Below, piece by piece: positions 16,379 through 22,832 of a DNA stretch of 22,832 nt. A program made the position numbers and the translations under genes. The DNA lies in the NCBI GenBank assembly GCA_964400105.1, contig CAYNTG010000031.1:1-22832 (forward strand). Direction: 5' to 3'. Within the stretch, counting starts at the first letter, position 1; each line of letters opens with the position of its first letter. Source of the stretch: an uncultured bacterium (GTDB lineage Bacteria > UBP14 > UBA6098). A model generated the notes under the pieces. The model saw nothing but the letters and a program-made list of their open reading frames with translations, was not told the origin of the DNA and searched no databases.

Positions 16379-17205
16379 TGACATTAGACGCCGGAAATAT
16401 CGCCAAATTTTACGATAACCCGCTCAAAAAAATCGGTAGCGAAACCGAACACGACTCGATAGAGTCAAAGCATTACGATATCGAGGCAGAGCGATTCCTC
16501 GCCGAAAATGACAAGCGCGCGCTTCTCGTGGATTTCGACGAGCCGCTACCGCCGAGGCACCGTGCATTCTGGATCGCAGTGGGAGATGTCGAGAATCTGC
16601 GTGTGTTGGATATCGGATGCGGCTATGGATATGCGGCTTCGCGGCTCGCGCTTTGCGGCGCAAAGGTCACGGCGATAGATGTATCCGAAGGGATGTGCGA
16701 TCTGACGCGTCGCGCGGCGCATATCAACGGCGTCGATATCGATGTCCGCAAGCTCAGCGCGGTCGATACCGGTTTGCCGGAGGGATCGTTCGATCTTATC
16801 GTCGGTCAGGTGTCGCTGCACCATCTTCCTCTCGACAGCGCCGGCCCGGAGCTTGTTCGCCTCCTGAAACCCGGCGGAAGAGCCGTTTTCCTCGAACCGA
16901 TTCATCCGTGGCGTGCGATTCTAAAAATGCGTGCGATGCTGCCGATTTCATGCCAGGAGTCGCCCGGCGGCGGCGCACTTCGCGCAGACGAGATCGAGCG
17001 GCTCGGCATCATATTCGGCGAGGTCGAATTGAAACGCTTCGCGATACTCGAACGCCTGCGTCGCTTTCGATCTTTGAGGTGGGCTTCTCCGTTTATATTT
17101 AGCATCGATAACCTGCTTCTTGCGATCCCGGTCCTGCGCGGACTTGCCGCACATGCCGTTATCGAGTTGACAAAAAATCAAAACCCAAACATAATACGAA
17201 GATGA
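16378..17205 (+). CDS. Class I SAM-dependent methyltransferase (unusual insertion between batA and batB)
   Basis: 275 aa with SAM-binding motif I VLDIGCGYGYAASRL, an acidic residue after beta2 (VTAIDVSEGM), and motif-II-like ...LKPGGRAVFLEP. The start overlaps the batA stop (TGATG frameshifted overlap), and the stop overlaps the batB start (ATGA). Confidence 0.75.
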   Translation: MTLDAGNIAKFYDNPLKKIGSETEHDSIESKHYDIEAERFLAENDKRALLVDFDEPLPPRHRAFWIAVGDVENLRVLDIGCGYGYAASRLALCGAKVTAIDVSEGMCDLTRRAAHINGVDIDVRKLSAVDTGLPEGSFDLIVGQVSLHHLPLDSAGPELVRLLKPGGRAVFLEPIHPWRAILKMRAMLPISCQESPGGGALRADEIERLGIIFGEVELKRFAILERLRRFRSLRWASPFIFSIDNLLLAIPVLRGLAAHAVIELTKNQNPNIIRR

Positions 17206-18233
17206 TACGATTTGCAAGCACATCCGCCTTTTATCTGATGATCGGATTGCCGATTCTTGTCCTCTTTTTCTGGAGCGTGGAGAGACGTAAAAGAGAGCTG
17301 CTCAAGCGATTCGGCGAGATCGAGCTTATTCAACGGCTTACGGCCAGCCGAAGCAAGGCGATGCTAGCCGTGCGAAGGGTCTTTTTCCTCCTCGGATACG
17401 CCCTTCTCGTCGTCGCTTTAGCGAGGCCGCAGCTTGGAACGAAGCTCGAAGAGGTAAAGCGCGAGGGGATTGATCTCATCGTCGCTATCGATGTTTCGAC
17501 CTCGATGCTCGCCGGGGATGTCGCTCCGAATCGAATGGACAAGGCACGGCACGAGCTTAAAACATTGATTGAAAAGCTCGGTGGAGACCGGATCGGTATC
17601 GTAGCATTCGCCGGCGATGCATTTCTCGTTTCGCCGTTGACCACGGATTATATGGCATCGCTCATGATACTCGATGCGGTCGATGTCGGCGTTATCCCGG
17701 AACAGGGAACCGCTATCGCCCGTGCGATAGAGATCGCCCGGAAAGGTTTCGTCGCGAAGGATAATCGCCAGAAGGTCATCCTACTTTTGACCGACGGCGA
17801 GGATCACGAGGGCGATCCGGTTGCCGCCGCAGAGGCCGCCGCAGACGATGGGGTGATTATCTATTGCGTGGGAATCGGTTCGCCTAGCGGGGTTCCGATC
17901 CCGCTCGATGATCGATATGGTAATAAAAGCGGATACCTTCGCAACGACGAAGGCGATATCGTAACGAGCAAATTGGACGAGGCGACGCTACGAAGGATGA
18001 CGCTTGCGGCAAACGGGAAATATTATTCCGCGCGGCCCGGAGCCGCAGAATTGGACGAGATTATCGAGGATATTAGCAGTATGGAAAAGGCCGAGATCGA
18101 GACGAGGGTATTTACAAATTACGAGGATCGATTTCAATGGGCGCTTTTGCCGGCGATGATTTTGTTTATCCTATCGGGCGCACTTCCAGAGCGTAAAAGG
18201 CGGGATCGCGGATCGAAAAGGCCGTGGATTTGA
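17202..18233 (+). CDS. batB: BatB-like vWA-domain membrane protein
   Basis: 343 aa with an N-terminal TM helix, a vWA domain with MIDAS (DLIVAIDVSTSM ... ILLLTDGEDH), and a C-terminal TM helix. This is the canonical second vWA protein of Bat operons. Confidence 0.85.
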   Translation: MIRFASTSAFYLMIGLPILVLFFWSVERRKRELLKRFGEIELIQRLTASRSKAMLAVRRVFFLLGYALLVVALARPQLGTKLEEVKREGIDLIVAIDVSTSMLAGDVAPNRMDKARHELKTLIEKLGGDRIGIVAFAGDAFLVSPLTTDYMASLMILDAVDVGVIPEQGTAIARAIEIARKGFVAKDNRQKVILLLTDGEDHEGDPVAAAEAAADDGVIIYCVGIGSPSGVPIPLDDRYGNKSGYLRNDEGDIVTSKLDEATLRRMTLAANGKYYSARPGAAELDEIIEDISSMEKAEIETRVFTNYEDRFQWALLPAMILFILSGALPERKRRDRGSKRPWI

Positions 18234-18240
18234 TTTTTTT

Positions 18241-18420
18241 AAAAGCGTGGTTGAGCCTTCATTGCGAGATTTACTGCACCTAGAAGACCGAATGTCGGGT
18301 CAATTTCGTTGCTTGTCGTCATTGCGAGGAAGCGAAGCGACGAAGCAATCCCGTCGTCCAAGGTGAGATTGCCGCAACCATTCGCATTTCGTGCTTCAGA
18401 TCTCGCAACGACGGTTAAAT
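18241..18420. repeat. Repeat-rich non-coding spacer between batB and yihY-like gene
   Basis: Contains CATTGCGAG twice (18262-18270 and 18320-18328). Also contains an element GTCATTGCGAGGAAGCGAAGCGACGAAGCAATCC (18316-18349) related to the reverse complement of 6081-6116, a GAGATTGCCGC copy (about 18366-18376, same motif as 6082-6092), and a distal inverted partner CAGATCTCGCAACGACG (about 18398-18414) of TCATTGCGAGAT (18260-18271). Confidence 0.5.
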
Positions 18421-18431
18421 GACAGGTTTTA

Positions 18432-19340
18432 ATGCAGATGAAAAATGTCCTTAAGAAAATAGGAGCATGGCTCGAGGCGAGGTTACAAACCCTTGCACGA
18501 ATCTTCAGAAGATTTCAGGCCGACAACGGCATGACCCTTGCCGGCTCGTTGAGCTTTTATTTTCTGATAAGCATCCTGCCGATGAGCCTTCTTGCGCTAT
18601 CCCTGCTCGGACATATCCTCGGAAGCAGGTCGGCCGCTGTATCCGCAGTTACCGCCCTCGGCAAGATCGGCAATATTCTCCCGGAGGGGACCATCGAAAT
18701 CGAGTCGATACTCGGCGACCTGATAGGTGGCAAGGGTATGCTCGGTGGTGTGGGAATCCTGCTGTTAGTGCTATTCTCCGGCGGGGTTTTTTACACGATA
18801 GAACTTATTATAAACCAGATATTTAGGGTAAGCATCCGAAGGGGATTTCTCAGGAGAACGGCGGTCGTCTATTTCTTTATACTGATTGCGGGTATTCTGC
18901 TTCTCGCATCCATCGCGGCCACCGTTATCGCGGTCATCGTGGGCGACCTTTCGATGAGCATTTTTGGCATTAATCCTGCGGAAATCCCTCTGCTGTGGAA
19001 TCTGTTCTTTTCGTTGGTGCCGCCCGCCTTGATAATGCTGATGTTCGCAATAATTTACAAGGTCGGCCCGAAGACCAAAGTCGCATGGCGCGCGGCATTC
19101 GGGGGGGCGGTTTTTGGATCGGTTCTATGGGAAATTTCGAGGCGATTATTCGGGTTGTATCTATCGTCGATAGCGCCTTATAGCAAGCTTTATGGTGCCC
19201 TCGGTGTTTTTTTAGCGCTCTGGATATGGATATTTTATTCGGCCAATATCTTCATAATCGGGGCCGAATATGCCGCTATACTCGACGAACGACGCAACAG
19301 GAGAATATCTGTTGAAAAAAACTTAGAACGAAAGGGTTAA
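18432..19340 (+). CDS. YihY/BrkB-family membrane protein (formerly annotated 'ribonuclease BN-like')
   Basis: 302 aa with six or more TM segments and the family-typical N-terminus (...RFQADNGMTLAGSLSFYFLISILPMSLL...) and C-terminal ...IFYSANIFIIGAEYAA.... No strong RBS is visible. It follows a 198-bp repeat-bearing spacer. Confidence 0.75.
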   Translation: MQMKNVLKKIGAWLEARLQTLARIFRRFQADNGMTLAGSLSFYFLISILPMSLLALSLLGHILGSRSAAVSAVTALGKIGNILPEGTIEIESILGDLIGGKGMLGGVGILLLVLFSGGVFYTIELIINQIFRVSIRRGFLRRTAVVYFFILIAGILLLASIAATVIAVIVGDLSMSIFGINPAEIPLLWNLFFSLVPPALIMLMFAIIYKVGPKTKVAWRAAFGGAVFGSVLWEISRRLFGLYLSSIAPYSKLYGALGVFLALWIWIFYSANIFIIGAEYAAILDERRNRRISVEKNLERKG

Positions 19341-19341
19341 T

Positions 19342-19539
19342 ATGCCGATTTATGAATTCAAATGCGAAAAATGCGGCGAAGAATTCGAGCTTCTTCTGCC
19401 GTCGTCCGGGCGCGACGACCGGAGCAATAAATGCCCAAAATGCGGAGAACCCGGTGTCGTAAGGAAATTATCGAATGTTGCTCCTTCGCAATCGGGAAAT
19501 AGTTGTCCAACATGCCAAAGCGGAACATGCGGTTTTTGA
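19342..19539 (+). CDS. FmdB-family zinc-ribbon protein (65 aa)
   Basis: MPIYEFKCEKCGEEFE...CPKCGE...CPTCQSGTCGF: the N-terminal MPxYE(F/Y)xCxxCG signature plus two further Cys pairs. AAAGGG lies upstream. It starts 2 nt after the yihY-like stop and overlaps the batC start. Confidence 0.7.
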   Translation: MPIYEFKCEKCGEEFELLLPSSGRDDRSNKCPKCGEPGVVRKLSNVAPSQSGNSCPTCQSGTCGF

Positions 19540-20243
19540 TTGCAATATCGGTCGTATCGATTCTCGCATCGTCATTGCTCGCGGGGCCTTATGGCGATGT
19601 TGTCAAAGGAGTTCGAGCCTTCGACGAGGATGATTTTCAGGAGTCGCTGACGAAATTCCAGGAGGCTAATCTCATAGAGCCGGAATCTCCCGTTATTCAA
19701 CAGAATCTCGGTCTCTCACTTTACAAACTCGGGGATTTTGAAAAATCTCGAGAGCAGTTGGAGAAGGCATTTACGGCTTCCGACGAACCGGTCGAGAAAT
19801 CGGATATCCAGTATAACCTCGGAAACGCATTCTTCCAAATCGACTCGCTGCCACGTTCGATAATCCATTACCAAAAAGCCCTCGAATTAAACCCGGAAAA
19901 CAGCGACGCAAAATATAACCTGGAGCTTGCGAGGGCGCTTTTGAAGGAATTCTCCGAAAAAGAGCAACAAGATCAGCAGCAACAGCAGCAACAGCAAGAT
20001 CAGGAGCAGCAAGATCAAGAGAAACAAGATCAAGAGCAAGATCAAGAGCAACAGCAGCAGGATGAGCAAGGCGAGGAGGAAGAGCAGCAAGAGCAGACTC
20101 AACCGAAACCCAAAGAAGGCGAGATGAGCGAGGAAGAGGCTCAAAGACTTCTCGATGCGATGAAGGAAAACGAAGAGGACCTTCAGAAGGAAAAGATGCG
20201 CCGTCAGGGGGACGGCAACGGGCGTCATGCCAAGCCGTGGTAA
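19512..20243 (+). CDS. batC: BatC-like TPR protein with Gln/Asp/Glu-rich low-complexity tail
   Basis: Signal/anchor MRFLIAISVVSILASSLLAG (first ATG at 19512, alternative ATG at 19527). TPR-like repeats (...QNLGLSLYKLGDFEKSREQLEKA..., ...YNLGNAFFQIDSLPRSIIHYQKALELNPENSDAKYNLELA...). The QQDQQQQQQQQDQEQQDQEKQDQEQDQEQQQQDEQGEEEE tail matches the acidic/Gln-rich tail known in BatC proteins. Confidence 0.75.
   Translation: MPKRNMRFLIAISVVSILASSLLAGPYGDVVKGVRAFDEDDFQESLTKFQEANLIEPESPVIQQNLGLSLYKLGDFEKSREQLEKAFTASDEPVEKSDIQYNLGNAFFQIDSLPRSIIHYQKALELNPENSDAKYNLELARALLKEFSEKEQQDQQQQQQQQDQEQQDQEKQDQEQDQEQQQQDEQGEEEEQQEQTQPKPKEGEMSEEEAQRLLDAMKENEEDLQKEKMRRQGDGNGRHAKPW
19963..20094 (+). repeat. Cryptic in-frame CAA/CAG/GAT/GAG nucleotide repeat encoding the Q/D/E tract of batC
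   Basis: Iterations of CAAGATCAAGAGCAA- and CAGCAGCAACAG-type units over about 130 bp. The reverse strand reads as poly-Leu, which explains spurious antisense ORF 19887..20228. Confidence 0.6.
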
Positions 20244-22048
20244 TGCGAAAATCTAAAATATGCATATTGGCGATGTTTTCGATGTGGGTTCTGACCGCTG
20301 CGGCGGCCTGGAACGTCGCCTCCGATATTGACCGCTCTAAGATCGGCCTCGAAGACAACCTCACGCTGACGATAGCGGTTTCGGGCGATAAGATTTCAAA
20401 TCTTTCAGGGCCGAATTTTTCCGGAAATGACGATTGGGCTTTCTTGAATACAAATACGAGCACAAGCTCGAATTTCCAGCTTGTTAACGGCAAGATGAGC
20501 CAGAACAGAACGGTGACATACAATATCTATCTCGCCCCGAAACAAAAAGGCACGCTCACAATTCCGAAAATCGAGGTTTCCGCCAACGGCGAGACGAAAA
20601 CGAGCAAATCGTTCCGGGTCGAGGTTGTCGATGGTAGTATCGCGCCATCGCGAAGCCAACAGAGAAATGTTCGACAGGCCGCACCTTCCGCGCCGGAGCC
20701 GTCGCAAAGGGATATCGGGGAAAACCTGTTTATCTCGGCATATGCCGATAAAACCGAGGCATATGTTGGCGAGCAGATAAATGTCAGCTTCACATTATAT
20801 ACGCAGTATAACCTCGGCGAGATATCCATGTCCAAGGACGCGGTTTTCAATGGTTTTTGGGCGAAGGATTTGTTTCGCGCGAAGAGGCTGCAATACCAGC
20901 GCAAAACGGTCAAAGGCAAAGCATACAATGCTGTCGTTCTAACAAGGGATGCCATATTCGGACTGAGTTCCGGCGAGAAGAAAATCGAGCCGATGGAGCT
21001 CGATTGTTCGGTGATAACCAATAACAGTCATTGGGGATTTTTCTCGCAAAGCAAGAAGGTCGAGGTCGTCGGGCGGCCGTTGAAAATTGTGGTAAAACCT
21101 TTGCCCGCAGGCGCTCCTGCCGATTTCGACGGTTTGGTCGGCGACTTTTCGGTGGTTGCCGAAACGAGTGTCGATCAGCCGAAAACCAATGAGGCCTTCA
21201 GCTATACAATCTCGGTCTCCGGCACCGGCAATCTTCATATCATAGACCAGCCGGAACTCGAATTCCCACCGGGATTCGAGCTGTTCGATGTCCAGGAATC
21301 GGGACATATCAGTGCGGACGGCGGCAAGGTCGCCGGAACGCGGAAATTCGAGTATATCCTCGTGCCGAGAAGCGAGGGAGAGTTCGATATTTCACAATGG
21401 CGGCTGTCATACTTCGATCTAAAATCCAAAACATATAAATACGCCGTCGCCGATCCAATTTCATTAGTTGTCGGGGAGGGCAAAGCGGAGCAATCCGGAG
21501 GGATGCAGATTGTATCGCGCGGCGAGGTGATGCGCGTCGGCGAGGATATCCGATTCATCGCGCCGGATTGCAAACGTATCGATGTCGGCACTCTCGATAT
21601 CGGCCATCTGTCGATTTTCATGTATATCCTGCCGCTCGAGTTGTTATTGATTTTGGCAGGGCTAATTATTTATCGCAGGAGGGAGCGTCTCGATACGGAT
21701 ATCGGATATGCCAGATACACGCGCGCGATGAAGAAGGCTGTTTCCGAGCTTCGCAAGGCGGAAGCCCGAATCGAGGATAGTGAGACATTCGTAGCTATGA
21801 CGCAAAATGCTATCCTGCATTACCTTGCGGACAGGCTCGGCCTTCCGCAGGAGGGAATCGTTTTCTCCGACACACGAGATCGTCTTGCGGAACGACGTGT
21901 CGATGACGAAACACTCGATAGCATCGAGGAGTTGCTCGAAAAGCTGAATTTTCTGCGGTTTGCTCCGGGCGAAAAGGATCGAGTATCGAAAGAATTGCTT
22001 AACGGGACAAAGGAACTTATACGCAAAGTCGATCGCGCTTTCAGATGA
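20243..22048 (+). CDS. batD: BatD-like protein (full length: signal peptide, at least two BatD-type beta ectodomains, C-terminal TM helix, DUF4381-like cytoplasmic tail)
   Basis: About 601 aa from the ATG at 20243, which overlaps the batC stop (TAATG). Signal peptide MRKSKICILAMFSMWVLTAAAA. A TM helix (IFMYILPLELLLILAGLIIY) sits near residue 470. The tail (...AILHYLADRLGLPQEGIVFSDTRDRL...LEKLNFLRFAPGE...) shares its pattern with the two mini-BatD paralogs. Confidence 0.8.
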   Translation: MRKSKICILAMFSMWVLTAAAAWNVASDIDRSKIGLEDNLTLTIAVSGDKISNLSGPNFSGNDDWAFLNTNTSTSSNFQLVNGKMSQNRTVTYNIYLAPKQKGTLTIPKIEVSANGETKTSKSFRVEVVDGSIAPSRSQQRNVRQAAPSAPEPSQRDIGENLFISAYADKTEAYVGEQINVSFTLYTQYNLGEISMSKDAVFNGFWAKDLFRAKRLQYQRKTVKGKAYNAVVLTRDAIFGLSSGEKKIEPMELDCSVITNNSHWGFFSQSKKVEVVGRPLKIVVKPLPAGAPADFDGLVGDFSVVAETSVDQPKTNEAFSYTISVSGTGNLHIIDQPELEFPPGFELFDVQESGHISADGGKVAGTRKFEYILVPRSEGEFDISQWRLSYFDLKSKTYKYAVADPISLVVGEGKAEQSGGMQIVSRGEVMRVGEDIRFIAPDCKRIDVGTLDIGHLSIFMYILPLELLLILAGLIIYRRRERLDTDIGYARYTRAMKKAVSELRKAEARIEDSETFVAMTQNAILHYLADRLGLPQEGIVFSDTRDRLAERRVDDETLDSIEELLEKLNFLRFAPGEKDRVSKELLNGTKELIRKVDRAFR

Positions 22049-22830
22049 AAAGTATAATAACGATATTATTAGTATTTTTGGTATCGGTCGTTTTCGCGGG
22101 CCCGACCGACCGTTATGTCGCCGGCAACGCGGCGTTCCGGGACGGCGATTTTTCCGCAGCAATTCGGGCATATGAAGAGGCATTAGAATCCGGTGCCGCA
22201 GACGCCCGCGTCTATTATAATTTGGGCAACGCCTACTATCGAACGGGCAATATCGGAAAGGCCGTTCTTTCATACGAGCGCGCGCGCTTCATTTCACCCC
22301 GCGATAAGGATATTTTCAATAACCTCGATTTCGTTCGTAAAACCGGAGTGGATATTGTAGAGAAAAGCGATGCCAAAGATGGCGTCGTTGGAGATGTCTA
22401 TCGTAACACACCGCTCGGCCTGTTTTTCGGAGTTCTCGAAAAAATTTCATTCCGCGAATTCGCATGGGCTGCCGCAATCTTCACTGTTCTCGGAGCGCTT
22501 TTCCTTTTCATCGCTCTTATCGTTAAATGGCGTATGCAAAAAACACTCAAAATTCTATCTATTATCGCATGGTCGATAGCACTATTAATCCTTGTGCCAT
22601 ATACATTTAAGCGAACACATATCTGGGAGACCGACAGGGCAATCGTTATTGCACCGAAGGTCGAGATTCGCAGCGCGCCATCGGAGAGTTCGCAGCTCAA
22701 ATACACATTCCACGAAGGCATGGAGGTGGCTGTTAAGGAGGTTCGTGGCGAGTTCGCACGGGTAATATTGCGGAACGGTGAGGATGGATGGCTCATGCTC
22801 GACCGTATCGAGCGCGTTATCCCCGATTGA
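22045..22830 (+). CDS. batE: BatE-like protein (TPR repeats, TM segments, C-terminal SH3b-like domain)
   Basis: 261 aa. Signal/anchor MKSIITILLVFLVSVVFAG. TPR motifs (...AIRAYEEALESGAADARVYYNLGNAYYRTGNIGKAVLSYERA...). Two TM helices (about AAIFTVLGALFLFIALIV and ILSIIAWSIALLILV). The C-terminal ...EIRSAPSESSQLKYTFHEGMEVAVKEVRGEFARVILRNGEDGWLMLDRIERV looks like a bacterial SH3 fold. The start overlaps the batD stop (ATGA). Confidence 0.75.
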   Translation: MKSIITILLVFLVSVVFAGPTDRYVAGNAAFRDGDFSAAIRAYEEALESGAADARVYYNLGNAYYRTGNIGKAVLSYERARFISPRDKDIFNNLDFVRKTGVDIVEKSDAKDGVVGDVYRNTPLGLFFGVLEKISFREFAWAAAIFTVLGALFLFIALIVKWRMQKTLKILSIIAWSIALLILVPYTFKRTHIWETDRAIVIAPKVEIRSAPSESSQLKYTFHEGMEVAVKEVRGEFARVILRNGEDGWLMLDRIERVIPD

Positions 22831-22832
22831 CC

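Noticed and set aside
19771-20523. 250-aa and 113-aa minus-strand ORFs (19771..20523 and 19887..20228), the latter poly-Leu
   Set aside because: They are the reverse complement of the batC Q/D/E repeat (CAA/CAG/GAG read as TTG/CTG/CTC, giving Leu) and of the batD start. Translating a low-complexity repeat on the wrong strand produces these frames.
21662-22273. 203-aa minus-strand ORF
   Set aside because: Antisense across the batD/batE junction and Arg-rich. Both sense genes have clear family features.
1-22832. Defence islands, CRISPR arrays, integrases, transposases or phage genes
   Set aside because: I looked for direct-repeat arrays with regular spacers, terminal inverted repeats flanking transposase-like ORFs, and large nuclease, helicase or NTPase ORFs typical of defence systems. 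None is present. All large ORFs are accounted for by metabolic, redox or Bat-locus assignments.

Overview
The window appears to come from a diderm (Gram-negative-type) bacterium. Overall GC is about 55%, Shine-Dalgarno sites are clear, and lipoprotein and outer-membrane beta-barrel signatures are present. It divides into four parts. (1) Positions 1-2175, minus strand: a small housekeeping cluster of an SPFH/band-7 membrane protein, an M29-family aminopeptidase and a coiled-coil lipoprotein (3' end cut by the window edge). (2) Positions 2222-6080 and 6196-7314: a minus-strand thiol/redox operon (thioredoxin, a TlpA/ResA-like lipoprotein oxidoreductase, OsmC/Ohr), transcribed divergently from transketolase and transaldolase across a 278-bp AT-rich spacer. 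(3) Positions 7315-8912: about 1.6 kb that is mostly non-coding. It holds a low-GC gene for a 95-aa three-helix membrane protein, a GC-rich non-coding stretch, an 18-20 bp imperfect palindrome, and an orphan single-domain CheY-like response regulator. (4) Positions 9021-22830, plus strand, extending to the window end: a tightly packed 13.8-kb, 15-gene array that I read as a greatly elaborated Bat (Bacteroides aerotolerance-like) MoxR-DUF58-vWA system. The canonical genes MoxR ATPase, DUF58, BatA, BatB, BatC, BatD and BatE are all present in the usual order. A BatD-like gene with a single ectodomain sits in the slot before BatA where a short DUF4381 gene usually sits, and a second such mini-BatD paralog sits ahead of MoxR. 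Interleaved, and often joined by overlapping ATGA/TAATG start-stop junctions, are genes not normally part of Bat operons: a membrane GGDEF diguanylate cyclase, a small outer-membrane beta-barrel protein, a membrane-anchored TPR-like plus SurA-N/PpiD-like chaperone-domain protein, a class-I SAM methyltransferase, a YihY/BrkB-family membrane protein, and an FmdB-type zinc-ribbon protein. This embellished locus is the most novel-looking feature. I found no CRISPR array, no transposase or integrase, and no recognisable phage-defence genes. All calls rest on reading the translations for family motifs; no database search was possible.
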